In this document: positions 25,427 through 39,660 of the stretch, piece by piece
How positions within the stretch are numbered: position 1 is the stretch's first letter
Layout of the letters: the number at the start of each line of letters is the position of its first letter
NCBI GenBank assembly: GCA_964016885.1
Contig: OZ024756.1
Span: 41,540,001 to 41,604,000, forward strand
DNA: 64,000 bases
Source: Eledone cirrhosa
Lineage: Eukaryota
Reading direction: 5' to 3'
Program-made: the position numbers and the translations under genes
The notes under the pieces: generated by a model
Told to the model about the DNA's origin: nothing
Seen by the model: only the letters and a program-made list of their open reading frames with translations
The model's database searches: none

Positions 25427-26478
25427 AAACTACCCAAGACACCTCCAACGAGATATACCTTGGAGGAGGCCAGCTAAACCTTCATAGGTGTGAGCTGTAA
25501 CAACAACAACAATGTTCCAGTGAAAATCCGAATAAAATCTAAGCATAGCTGACCAGATACAACCGTTGTTTCCCTACACAATATAGGGAGGACTACTTCC
25601 CACCCGAGGAAGGAGATCCACGAGGTGGTGTGACTGATGTAGCAGGTGTAGCTCAACAAGTTCTGGGAGGACTACGTCCCACCTGAGGTAGGAGACGGAT
25701 GAGGTGGTGTGGATGATGTAGCGGGTGTCGCTGATTGTTCTCTGCGGCAATGCATTTTGTCAGAGATACACCTCCTAGACTAGACTTTAAATCTGCTCCC
25801 CGCTCCCTTTCTTTAATTATATATATATATATATTTTTAATTACTCTATTACGTAGGCTAAGGCCATGCTGGGGCGGAGTAGCCAGATATTCACCAACCA
25901 ATCTTACGTAAGGCTGCCAAAACCTGCACAACAGATGTGGGCCATAGCAACAGATGTGGGCCATGGCAACAGATGTGGGCAATAACAACAGATGTGGGCC
26001 AGAGAGACAGACAAACGGACACACAGACAGACAGAGACAAACATACAGACAGAGAGAGAGAGAGAGAGGGAGCGAGACAGACAGACAGACATTCTATTGA
26101 ACTTGGTCATCTGCGACCTACAAATTCCATCTTTCAAACGGTCGCCATTGTGGCTGGCTATTTCTGAGGAAGACAGACGAAATGATAAAAAAAAAGAAAG
26201 AATGAAATAATAAATAAAAGAAAACAAATATAAAAACAAAACCAACTGGAATTTACTGAGATTTGTTTTTTCCTCTTAAAAAAACCCAACAAAAACTGAA
26301 ATGTTAAATAACCGGTTTTAGGTTGAGTGGGAGGAGTTTTACTGGGTGAGTTGAAGGTATCGTTTCATATGTATTGTTGTGGCTGACTAGAGAGGGGAGA
26401 TTATACATATATATATATATAGAGAGAGAGAGGGGGAGGGGGATATATATATATATATTTATTAAAATAACAGATTAA

Positions 26479-26529
26479 AGTTTAAGCAAAGAATCGCTGC
26501 TTTCACCCTTGACGGGATCTTCTGAAACT
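26479..26529 (-). ncRNA. Near-intact hammerhead ribozyme motif (one core substitution)
   Basis: Minus strand: AGTTT-CAGAAGA-TCCC gtcaa GGGT-GAAA-GCA loop TGC-TT-AAACT. A related copy lies at 15241-15292 (+). Confidence 0.55.
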
Positions 26530-27068
26530 AACAAAGTCAATCTGTGAACAATGGCAATGAACGGAAAAAACGAAGATAATACGTCATATGTGGAGCGTAG
26601 AGAACAATTGCATGCAAAGACAAAACCACGTAAATGGTATAGCTGAAGTCGTAGTCTAAAATTCTAACTAGGAAACCGAATGATACTCCATTTCAGAGTT
26701 AAGAATAAAGTAAATAAAATACAGAGGTAATAGAAATTAAATAAATACATACACGCATCCAAATACGTACATACACAAAACACTCGCCATAGGTATACAA
26801 ATACACACACATATAAATATGTGTGTGTGTGCGTGTATACAAATAATTAAATAAACGTATATAAATAACTAAATACGTATATAACGAACTCACACACATA
26901 CCTACATATAAGTACACAAATGTTCGGAGACGTACGTCAACCAAAACACGAAGTACACATATACACACACCCTACATACGTACGAACCCGCATACTCACA
27001 CAGACGCAAAACTCACGTATACACATAACCAAAAGCATACTATTATTATTATTACTATATATAAATAT

Positions 27069-27128
<60 letters not shown>

Positions 27129-27164
27129 ATTATATATATATATACAGAGAGAGAGACTAGAAAG

Positions 27165-27208
<44 letters not shown>

Positions 27209-27244
27209 CTTTCTAGTCTCTCTCTCTGTATATATATATATAAT

Positions 27245-27303
<59 letters not shown>

Positions 27304-27367
27304 GTAATAATAATAAATGCGACGACTGTTACTATTTGGCTCCCTCGGTTGAGGACTATTGACACAT

Positions 27368-27508
<141 letters not shown>

Positions 27509-27820
27509 GGGAGAGAGATAGATAGAAAAGAAAGAAAGTAGAAATAAAGAAAGGAACGAAGGAAAGTAGAAGGGTCAGCCTTGTCACACACTGTGTTATG
27601 GCGAATCTCCCTGAGGATTACGTTAAGGGTACATGTCTTTGTATAATGCTCAGCCACTTACACGTTAATTTCATAAGCCGGCTGTTCCGTTGATCGAACA
27701 ACTGGAACATTCATCGTCGAAACCAACGGAGGTCCATTCCATTCACTGTTCCGTTACAATGACCAACATTTCTGCCATCAGTTACACAGCACAGTTTTAT
27801 GAACTAAATATTTACTGGTA

Positions 27821-27867
<47 letters not shown>

Positions 27868-28489
27868 AGAGATAGAGAGAGAAAAGAAGTGAGAAAGAGA
27901 TATAGGTGAAGAATCAACCCCAGTAGTTGACTGGTACTTTTTTATCGACCTCGAATGTATGAAAAGCAAAGCTGACCTCGGCAGGGTTTGAACTGAGAGA
28001 GAGCAGCGAACTGACACAAATACCACAAAGTATTCTATCCAACGTTCTATCGACTCTCACAAATAGTGTTTAAATATTTCACAAGCTCCCCCCAATAATA
28101 ACTTATGTTATAGCTATCAACGATGAGACAAACATTCCAATCTTCATGTCTTCATTATTGAAAATCACAAAGACGTTCGTGATAGAATGTCTCTCAGATT
28201 AATTAATTATGTATATGTTTGTTATCATACACAACACGATGTCTGCAGGGTGTTTGTGCTGAAATCAGAAAACACGTTAAGTTTGAAGGGAGTTAACGAA
28301 ATGACACGAAACCGTGACAATCTATTTCTTCTTTCACGATATTTAAATGTGAAATAAAATAAAATTACACGGGTGGAAATAAAATACATCTAAAAAGACA
28401 TTAATTTTCCATGTTGGTCATTTTGACCTATTGTCCATCTAAAGTCTGTCTCGAGCCCCCCCCGGGGGGGGGGGGGGGCACCAGGCCGG

Positions 28490-28915
28490 TGCTTATTTCG
28501 GTCTCAGTGGTTTGAAGCGACAAAGAATACAAGACTCTTCTCTCCATCCTGGACAGGACGCCAGTCCATCGTAGAGTTAATCCCCAACTATTGATGGTGC
28601 TTATCCTGGTTTCCGCGGTATGAAGCAACTGAGAGTACAAGACTCCCCCTGGACAGGACGCCAGTCCATCACAAGGTTAAATCCCCAGCTATTGATGGTA
28701 CTTATCCTGGTTTCCGCGGTATGAAGCAACAGAGTACAAGACCTTCCTTCCCCTGGAGAGGACACCAGTCCATCACAGGGTTAAACCTCCAGCTATTTCT
28801 GATACTCATTTTCAGCCGAGTATACTGGAGCAACATGAAATGAAGTGTTTTGCTCAAGAACACAACACACAACCCAGTCCGAGAATCGAACCCATGACAT
28901 TATGATCGTAAGTCC
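28490..28915 (-). mobile_element. CORE-SINE-like element whose 3' segment is triplicated (about 105-bp units)
   Basis: Reverse-complement CORE-like segment at about 28830-28895 and three copies of CTGGACAGGACGCCAGTCCATC; related fragments at about 56150-56405. Confidence 0.6.
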
Positions 28916-29105
28916 GACAGGTCAGAACATAGGTGATTTCTCCCAGAGAAGGGGATAGCGAGTGCAAGAGGAAGATTCGACCCCAGTACTTGACTGGTAC
29001 TATTTTTATCGACCTCGAAAGGATGAAAGGCAGAGTTGACCTCGGTGACATTTGAACCAATACCGACGTTCTAACGACTTTACCAATTCTCTGCCATTAC
29101 TGTGT

Positions 29106-29290
29106 AGTGGATTGGCAGTATCAGTAGAGAGTCGGACGCCATGCTTTCCAGCAGAGTTACGTCCCTTTACGGTCTGTGTTCAAATCCCGCCGAGGTTAAC
29201 TTTGCCTTTCATCCTTACGGGGTCGATAAAATAAAGTACCAGTAATGTACTGAGTAATTGCTGGCCTTGTGCCAAAAGTAGAAACAATTA
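29106..29290 (+). mobile_element. SINE family A; related minus-strand copies at about 27915-28060 and 28975-29095
   Basis: Near-complete match to 8717-8904. Confidence 0.85.
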
Positions 29291-30835
29291 CTGTGTATAT
29301 CGATATATATCACTGTCACAAGTATATGTTATACTGATTCCTACAATTGACTATATTTCAGTTGAGTCAATAATCGAGAAAAGTTTATAACTTTGTCTAT
29401 TAATCTGTATGGTGAGCAAATGGGGTCCCACGTGCTGGCCTCCCCACAGCCCCGGCGGACAGGATGGAGAAGGCGTTTCCCCGGGGGATGGTAAGGGAGA
29501 CGCGCTGGAAGAGCCATTCCAACTCCTAGCGAGGCTCACACCTGCGACTGGCCAGCTCAGCGCCTCTGGTGGTGAATAGGGAGCTAGCCCTATATTACCT
29601 AACGTTGTATACTAAGATGTTGACTTGATTGGCCCATTTACCTTTCTTCGTGGGAGGAGGAATTCAAGTCATACCTTGTTACTTCGTAACAGCACGATCG
29701 TATTTAACCTATATATTTTATAAAAATGAAGTTAATGAGGAGAGAATCATAAAATCCATACGGTTCCATTTACGTCTTTATAATTCGGTCTAAGTCTGGC
29801 TTTTTCTGGTGTCGCACATTCTAAAGTTGTTTATGAGAAGATTGATAAGTTTTATACCATTTCATAAAAGCGTATCATTATTTAACACTTAACGTAAAGA
29901 AAGAGAAACGAGTTACGAAGAATAAAAAGGAATGAAAGAGGCGAAGATGAAGGATTTTAATAATTTTAATCAACTACTTGATTTTCTGTATGTAATAATT
30001 CTAATGTCCGAGCAATAAATATGAGACTGATTATGGAAAATTACTCAGAAATATCACCTGCGTGAACATTAGCAGACGGATTAGTAGCGAGGAAAACCAT
30101 TAATTAGCATAGTACCCATAAAAAATGATGGGGCTTATAGTAAAAAAGATAATTAATAAATAATGAATTCAATAATAATCCATTGATTACAACATTTTAT
30201 TCCATAATTGTTTTAGTTTCAACACACTCATCTGTCAGGCATGTACAACTGGCTAAAATTACTCTTCCATGATGTAATTACTTTAGTTTCAACACACAAT
30301 CTTAGATCAAGTTCCCTGTTAGACACGCCCAACTGTGGCTAAAATGACTCCTACATGATGTAATTGCTTTAGTTTCAATACAATCTTAGATCAAGTGACA
30401 CTTCAAACGATTACATCAACGAAATAATAAAGACAGTAAACAAAGGAAGTAGTTTTTTTGAAAATAGACCATAATTAGTCTTTCAAATTTTCTTTATTGA
30501 GACAAATGTTTTTTTTAATATATATATATGTATAAAAATGACAATAAATACACAGGAGATATTTTATCGGAGACATTGAATACATAACATTGCTTGAAAT
30601 ATTATGTCACGCCTAAATATTTACCTGTCTTGTTTGAAGAAATGTGCTAGAGTGGTCGGTTGGGTTACAACAGAGAGGAAATGTGTCTGAAAATGTGTCA
30701 AGTAATCGGGTAATGGAAAATAAAAGAAGGAAAGAAAGAAAGTGGTGATAATGATGGTGAAGGTGATTAGGGTGATATCAATGGTGAAAGACAACGAGAC
30801 AAGATATAACTACGAATTCAGCATAACATGATTCG

Positions 30836-30866
<31 letters not shown>

Positions 30867-32221
30867 TGATTAAAATAAAATTTATTTCAATCATATACCA
30901 TAAATCAGCTCAAATATGTTTTATACACCCTAAAATCTGTATTTTGCAGAGCATTTATTCAAAATGTTATTCAGGTACAATACTATATATATTATTAACA
31001 TTGGAAGGTGCTAAGTGCAAATAGTGGAACTAGAAAGATATGAGGATGGTGGTGATGGAAGTTGAAAAAAAGGGGGCAAGATACGAAATGTGGTGGTGGT
31101 GTGGGGGAATGTTTGATTACGTGAATACACTCTCAGCTCAAGCGAACTTCGTTGATAAGCTATGTGTAAGTTTTGAGTATGGACCCTCTAACTACTGCTG
31201 GAGTGGTAAGGGTTGCCGTAGTCACATAAGGCGTGTCTTGGACGTTTTTTTAAAAAATCTGCTTCCAGAGAGATAGGGAGAGAGAATAGACCTTAGTGCA
31301 AAAGTTGAGCTCAGAGGGATTTGAAATCAGAAAGACCTGGAAACAAATACCGCAAAACTTTCTATCCGACGTTATATATATACAGATATATAGCTAATGT
31401 CTCTCTAATCTACACCACAGAAAGCAAATGATACGAGACAAGCTGAAATAACAGTTATCATTAACAGTAGGACGGCATGAAGTTGTGATAATCACTGTCT
31501 GTAGAAATAGATCGAGTGGTCGTCGTATATAAAATGAAGCGATAGAGAGAGAGGTGTAGTTTCGTTCCTCATTCATCGAAGAATATTTATATAAAAAGAA
31601 CAACAGTAAAAGCCTTGTCAAGGACAAGAATTCGTTAAAAAGGTTGGGAAGGGTGGCAAAGGAGAATAAAAAAAATGTCTATAAAATATATGGAATGAAT
31701 CGGTTTTTTAGTGTTTTTTTATTTTGTTTGAATTTGGAGAAAAAAAAAAATCTTGTTTTACGAATTTGTGGACAATTACAACTGGAGTTATTGACAGAGA
31801 AAGTACTACAATAGTTTTTTTTTTTTAAAACAAGTTTGTTTGTTTGTTTGTTTGTTTGTTTTCTAGAAAACTTTTCATGAACTTATAAAATATAAAAAAT
31901 TGGACATTTATTTTCAATTTCTTCTTGAGAACTTTTGAAAAAAAAAAAAATTTTTTTTTTAAAGATTAGTAAAGAAAAAAAAAAAAAAAAAAAAGTGGAC
32001 GATTTCAAATTTAAGTTTCTTTCCTTGAGTCAATTTTTGAATATATTCATATAAAAAAAAAAAAAAAAAAAAAAAAAATCGATACAGCAGCAATCATAAC
32101 TACTGACTAGCCATTTATTTAAACGTTCTATATATATATATATATATATATACACACTTTGATTACCTGTACAGGCAATATTTATTAGAATGCTGTTCAT
32201 TTTTTGGGGACACACACACAG

Positions 32222-32329
<108 letters not shown>

Positions 32330-32591
32330 CGGTAATTTCATATGTATTTTTTTTTAAAAATCGAAACTGGATTGATAAGACTACAGATGAGTCTGCCATT
32401 TATTGTGGCTGTAAGTTAGGAAACCATGAGAGAAAGAAAAAACCTTCAACAAATCTATCGAGACAATATCAACATGCAATATAAGTAGAAACTGTCAACA
32501 GGGCAAGAATTTGGTTTAGACGATGGTTTTACTTAGTGTTTAGTTTGGTAGGCACACCATAATAATGGCTGGGTTAAACACACACACACAT

Positions 32592-32649
<58 letters not shown>

Positions 32650-32855
32650 CATATATATATACATATATATATCTCGCCTGATCAATATAGAAACATTTGT
32701 AATATGCAATAAAGTTTCACAAAAAACTGCAATTCTTGTCACTCTCTCTATATATATGAGCATATATATATATACATATACATACATATACATATACATA
32801 CATATACACATACATACACATATATACATACATACACATATATACATACATACAC

Positions 32856-32888
<33 letters not shown>

Positions 32889-33419
32889 CATGCACATACA
32901 TATATACATACATGCATATACACATACATGCATATACATACATACATACACACACATACATATATACATACATACATACACACACATACATATATACATA
33001 CATACATATACACACATACATATATACATACATACATATATACATACATATACACACATACATATACACATACATACATATACATACACACATATACATA
33101 CATACATACATATACACATATATATACATACATACATATATATACATATACACACATATATACATATACATATATATATATATATAAAAAACAATGAACT
33201 AATTAACTACCTACCTCTAACTTGAGTCTTTGTTTCATTGTTCTACACACAAACACATAAGTATGTATATAATATATGTTTGAGACAGCGTACCATCCAT
33301 CAGAAAACTTAAGACATTTACCAAATATTACTCTATTGACGAAATATAAAATCTCATGTGATTGGACGAAGTTTTATGTAAATATTTTATTCTCATTAAG
33401 AATCTATATTTTCATATTT

Positions 33420-33600
33420 TGGTTTATTAGGTTTCTGGCTCCTATTTATCAACCCCTTTACGTTCTGAGTTCAGATCTCGCCGGGGTTAACTTTGCATTT
33501 CATCCTTAAATATAGCACCAGTAATGCACTGGGGTGGATTTAATCGACTTTCCACTTCCTTTCAAATGCTGGCCTTGTACCTAAAGTAGAAAGAATTATT
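33420..33600 (+). mobile_element. Degenerate SINE family A
   Basis: B-box GAGTTCAGATC and tail GCTGGCCTTGTACCTAAAGTAGAAA; an opposite-strand relative lies at about 34012-34153. Confidence 0.7.
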
Positions 33601-34437
33601 AACCCCTTTTGATACCTAAGACACCTGAGACCTCCTTGGTTCTCTGATACAGAACTGTTTATACCAAATCCACCTGAAACGGCCCTTAGTCTCTGATACA
33701 GAACTTTATTTCAAAATGTTTATATCAAAGCACCAGGCCAAAATGTGAAGTGTAGATCCTGTTTCAAACTACGCATTATGAAGTATTTTGGTAATCAATG
33801 CTAAATACAATTTATATAGGGGACCATGGGTTATATTACATACACATGTAGTGTACACATGTAGTGTACACATGTAGGACACACACAAATAACAGGATAA
33901 ATGTACTAACATTTGTGAGGAGGAGACACCCCTCCTTCCCGGTTGTGTTTTTCCAGAGAAAGAGATAAAGTGAGTGGCAGAGAAGAAGTGAGAAGGATAT
34001 ATCGGGGAAGAATCGATCCCAGTACTTGACTGGTACCTTTTTTTTATCGACTTCGAATGGATGAAAGGCAAAATTGACCTCAGAACGTAGAGATGTGGAA
34101 CGAATACCACAAAGTATTCTATCCGACATTCTAGAGACTCTGCCAAATCGCCGTACATATACACCTATACCTACATATATATATATGAAAGAGATAGAGG
34201 GGGGGGGGGGGAGAGAGAATGTGTGTGAGTTTCTTCTCAACATTAGACAGCAGATGTGTACAATCGTCTGCTGTTGTCCCTGCCAGGCTCCAAAAGGACG
34301 TGAGAAAATAGTAGCAAGTGTGAATTAATGTCATTCAAAACGGATGCTGAATGGAAAGCAGTCAGTAATATATATATTGCAGTCAGAAATAGATATACTG
34401 CTTTCCATATATATATATATATATATTACTGACTGCT

Positions 34438-34483
<46 letters not shown>

Positions 34484-35665
34484 ATATAAATATATATATA
34501 CAATGCAAACGAATTGTCAGTGCACACATATAACTAATCACCAAGATGGCTGTGTTTACGTGATGATAATTGCATTATATATACATACACACACACATAT
34601 ATATATATAACTTCAACAAGGCTAGACCTGTTTCATCTGTATGAAATCATCAGTAATGTCTTGTTGATTTCATACAAACGAAACAGTTTTCGACATGTAG
34701 AAGTCATTTCTATATATAATCAATATGCCTACACTACCAATGTATTGAGTACTTTCTTTAACTATGGTTAAACCCACCCCCCACGTCAATACTCAGGAAC
34801 CTACATATCTCTCTCTCTATATATATATATACATATATGTTAAGTATACATACATATATACATATACAACCTGTTACATATTACATATAAGATGTAAATG
34901 TGATTTTAAGTGGGAAAGGGAACAGGGTATCTAAACATTAACATTGTTTAACATGTTTTAACTTACTTCCCCCCACGTGATGTATGTGTATATGTATATA
35001 TATGTATATATATATGTGTGTATATATATGCGTGTGTGTGAAAATATGAATATATTGAAAACTCTGAAACATGTTCATACAAAAAAAAAAAAAAACACAC
35101 GGTTCAAATGGAAAAAAAACCTTACACATTTGTAAAGAAAAGACACGTGTAGCATTGTCTGGTTGGCTGGGTGTAGCATAGTCTGGTTGGCTGGGTGTAG
35201 CATAGTCTGGTTGGCTGGAAGATTTGATAAGAATAAACCTTTCTTCAAATACAAACTCTGACTTTTTAGTCATGCGTAGATTTTCACAGACACACAGACA
35301 CACTTTCACAAGAAATGCATGATACTTGTAAAAAGGACAAAACCAATAACATACAGAGAGAAAAGAGGATTTTTAGGGTACCTAGATTTTCATTTATTAT
35401 TAAAGTCCTTTACAAAAGCTGAAAGGTAATGAAATATAAGCCACCTAGTAACTTACTTTTATCAGAATAGACAGGTGAGAAAAAAATGAAAATTTCAAGT
35501 CTGTTAACATTGAAAATCTTAAAGAATCTAACATTGTTTAACTGAGCTGACAATAACAATAATGGCTTTCACTAACAATTTTAAATAATGGACATGGGAA
35601 GAGTTAGTGAAAAGAAGATTTTATTTTCATTAGAAATAAAGATCTAGGTTTTGAGAACACTCACA

Positions 35666-37182
35666 CATTCATTTTCCAGATGTAAACCTCCTTCGCCTCT
35701 CATTCATTCTCAAGATATAAACCTCCTTCGCCTCTCATTCATTCTCCAGATGTAAACCTCCTTCGCCTCTCATTCATTCTCCAGATGTAAACCTCCTTCG
35801 CCTCTCATTCATTCTCAAGATGTAAACCTCCTTCGCCTCTCATTCATTCTCCAGATGTAAACCTCCTTCGCCTCTCATTCATTCTCAAGATGTAAACCTC
35901 CTTCACCTCTCATTCATTCTCAAGATGTAAACCTCCTTCACCTCTCATTCATTCTCCAGATGTAAACCTCCTTCGCCTCTCATTCATTCTCAAGATGTAA
36001 ACCTCCTTCGCCTCTCATTCATTCTCAAGATGTAAACCTCCTTCGCCTCTCATTCATTCTCCAGATGTAAACCTCCTTCGCCTCTCATTCATTCTCAAGA
36101 TATAAACCTCCTTCGCCTCTCATTCATTCTCAAGATGTAAACCTCCTTCGCCTCTCATTCATTCTCAAGATATAAACCTCCTTCGCCTCTTATTCATTCT
36201 CAAGATGTAAACCTCGTTCGCCTCTCATTCATTCTCAAGATATAAACCTCCTTCGCCTCTCATTCATTCTCAAGATATAAACCTCCTTCGCCTCTCATTC
36301 ATTCTCAAGATATAAACCTCCTTCGCCTCTCATTCATTCTCAAGATGTAAACCTCCTTCGCCTCTCATTCATTCTCCAGATATAAACCTCCTTCGCCTCT
36401 CATTCATTCTCCAGATATAAACCTCCTTCGCCTCTCATTCATTCTCCAGATATAAACCTCCTTCGCCTCTCATTCATTCTCCAGATATAAACCTCCTTCG
36501 CCTCTCATTCATTCTCCAGATATAAACCTCCTTCGCCTCTCATTCATTCTCCAGATATAAACCTCCTTCGCCTCTCATTCATTCTCCAGATATAAACCTC
36601 CTTCGCCTCTCATTCATTCTCCAGATATAAACCTCCTTCGCCTCTCATTCATTCTCCAGATATAAACCTCCTTTGCCTCTCATTCATTCTCCAGATATAA
36701 ACCTCCTTCGCCTCTCATTCATTCTCAAGATATAAACCTCCTTCGCCTCTCATTCATTCTCAAGATATAAACCTCCTTCGCCTCTCATTCATTCTCCAGA
36801 TGTAAACCTCCTTCGCCTCTCATTCATTCTCAAGATATAAACCTCCTTCGCCTCTCATTCATTCTCAAGATATAAACCTCCTTCGCCTCTCATTCATTCT
36901 CCAGATATAAACCTCCTTCGCCTCTCATTCATTCTCCAGATATAAACCTCCTTCGCCTCTCATTCATTCTCCAGATATAAACCTCCTTTGCCTCTCATTC
37001 ATTCTCCAGATATAAACCTCCTTCGCCTCTCATTCATTCTCAAGATATAAACCTCCTTCGCCTCTCATTCATTCTCAAGATATAAACCTCCTTCGCCTCT
37101 CATTCATTCTCCAGATGTAAACCTCCTTCGCCTCTCATTCATTCTCAAGATATAAACCTCCTTCGCCTCTCATTCATTCTCA
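35666..37182. repeat. 35-bp minisatellite, about 43 copies
   Basis: AGAT(A/G)TAAACCTCCTTCGCCTCTCATTCATTCTC(C/A), head-to-tail with no spacers. Confidence 0.97.
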
Positions 37183-37334
37183 AAGTATTTCACAAACTAA
37201 TCTATAACTTTAGTCATGGCACAAATCAACTTGGAGTGAGATGGTGAAACAATTGAAATGAGAAAGACTGGATACTGGTCGTTTAGTTTGGTGTTTCTTT
37301 TACTGAGGAGATAAAAATTGAAACTGGAATAGGT

Positions 37335-37577
37335 GGGTAAGATACTTTTAGAGCGGTGGGGTAAGATACTTTTAGAGCGGTGGGGTAAGATACTTTTAGA
37401 GCGGTGGGGTAAGATACTTTTAGAGCGGTGGGGTAAGATACTTTTAGAGCGGTGGGGTAAGATACTTTTAGAGCGGTGGGGTAAGATACTTTTAGAGCGG
37501 TGGGGTAAGATACTTTTAGAGCGGTGGGGTAAGATACTTTTAGAGCGGTGGGGTAAGATACTTTTAGAGCGGTGGGT
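37335..37577. repeat. 24-bp minisatellite, 10 perfect copies
   Basis: GGGTAAGATACTTTTAGAGCGGTG. Confidence 0.97.
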
Positions 37578-38074
37578 TGAGATAGACAAGGCTGAAAAAT
37601 GAATTAACAAATATCATTATTGTTGTCGTTATTTACAATTAATAAGATCGGTGGAACAAGAACAATGGACTGCAAGAAGATTTTTTAAAGTTTGAAATAA
37701 TTTGTTGCTACACAGAGTTGAATGTTTAACTGGATGGAGAATATAAATGGAGGGATTCAAAAGATGTAAACATAGAGATTTTTAGACCATCTTTGGATTG
37801 TAGTAGATATGTAGATGTGTGTGGTTCTATGAGTTGTATGGTCAACTGGTCAGTAACAAGATGGCAGAAGATGAGTGATGGCAGAAGATGAGTGATGGCA
37901 GAAGTTGAGTGATGACAGAAGATGAGTGATGGCAGATGAGTGATGGCAGATGAGTGATGGCAGAAGTTACAATCTCGTTTGTTTCTTTTTGTTTGTTCTT
38001 TTATTTTGTAAGACTAGAATGATGAAGGAACTTGTGAAATAATTACAAGAGAGAGAGAGGGGGGGGAGAGAGAA

Positions 38075-38137
<63 letters not shown>

Positions 38138-38305
38138 AAGAGATAAAAGATGTGTAAGAGAGAGAGAGGAGAGAGAAAATTGATGAAGAGGGAAATGTTC
38201 AGTTATATTTTAAGGTGGAAGGAAGAGACTTGTGTCAGTTATTTATTTTTATTTTTATTTTTAGATTTAATGAAAAAAAAAAAAAAATTCTTCTTTTTTG
38301 TCTTT

Positions 38306-39522
38306 TTACATTTTCTGGCAAATTTCCAAAGCCCTGCGACAGACCTGTGAGGAATCCAGATGGTCGTATTCAAGGTTGAAGAGTGTAGACGTCTTCGGTT
38401 GAAATGTGGCAGCAGCTGATAAAACTACTTGAGACCCTCGACAAATATCTGCAATGTCTGACGGTCTTTCTTCATCGAGTTCAGACAGATGTGTTCCCCC
38501 ATTTGGAGAATGACTTCCAGAAAGTTTTTGCAGTAAGTGATGTTGTTCTCCTTCACAACTATCGTAGGAAAAATCAAGTATGTCACCTGAAGAATTAGAA
38601 CTAACACTGCCAATACTCAGCCGCTTACGGGCATCATTATTCATTGAAGAGTAACCATTGTTAAGGCAAAGTCCAGATTTCTTCAGAATGCCACGCCGCC
38701 GAACACACGACTCAATTCGAACAGAATTGATCCCTGTTGAGTAATTTTCAAGTGAATTTGATCCTGAATTAAAGTCCACGTGATTATAACCTTTCAGTGT
38801 TAAAAAACTATCAGCATCACTATTGGTAGGAATGTCAGTATTAACCATAGAGATTGGCTCTGTTTTGCCAGAAAATAGATTTAAAGAGTCTCTAGTTTGG
38901 GGACTACAGCTTAAACTGAGGCTGTCGGTGGGAGGGGAATTATGTTTTGGCAAGCTGTTTTGGAATGATGAACATGTATTATTAAACCCATTGTTAGGAT
39001 TGCTGTTCTCTTTACATGAGCCTTCTATAACCCTGTAACTGTTTGTACTTTTATCTTCTCTCAAACAGCTACCTGTCTGTTTTAGGATACTCCGAACAGG
39101 TTTTTGGTCCAGATTAACTCGCCTATAAAGTTCACTGGAAGCACCATTGCTACTGACTGAACCATTTTGTCTTTGAGTATGTCTAGGAGAGTGAAATTTT
39201 ATATCAGGGGCACTAGTATTGTCCAGTATTGACAATTTGTCCCCCTCGTGCCGTTCTTGTCTTTGTCTAGACAGCAGAGTTTTACTAGGGAAACTGCCTC
39301 TCCTTCGCAGTTCATTTAAATCTATTTCACCATCACTGTCGGACGATAAGCTAGATCGGTCGTGGACATGAATCGGAGTCTGTAACCAGGGTCCAGGGTA
39401 TGGCTCATTGTTAGGTGTGAAGTTGTAACCCATATTAACCCACCAGTGTTGGACAACTTTCTCCACATTGACTCTCCTCTCAGGACTAACAGTGAGTAGT
39501 TGTCGTATAAGACCCGCAGCTT
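38306..39522 (-). CDS. NUAK1: NUAK-family kinase, terminal coding exon (end of kinase domain plus C-terminal tail)
   Basis: Acceptor ttccag at 39523-39528, phase 1 (G+AA=E). Reads EAAGLIRQLLTVSPERRVNVEKVVQHWWVN (subdomain XI), then a Ser-rich tail with SILK and GILK motifs, ending at TAA 38306. Long non-repetitive ORF. Confidence 0.93.
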
Positions 39523-39660
39523 CTGGAAAGAAGAGAAAATGTAGTAAGAACATGTAAAAACAACAGACAAAAACATCAAAAAATGTTTGATTTCAAATGA
39601 TTAAAAAACCCAAACAATGCATAAAAAGAATTAAAACTAGAGACTCTTATGAGTAAATGT

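Noticed and set aside
29421-29475. HDV-like ribozyme
   Set aside because: An L3-like TCCCCAC is present, but P1, P2 and P3 pairings could not be completed.
35666-37577. 35-bp and 24-bp arrays as CRISPR
   Set aside because: Head-to-tail units with no unique spacers, no cas genes, eukaryotic context.
39523-39553. ORF-track start MFLLHFLFFP of the 415-aa ORF
   Set aside because: Polypyrimidine tract and acceptor of the intron; the exon starts at 39522.
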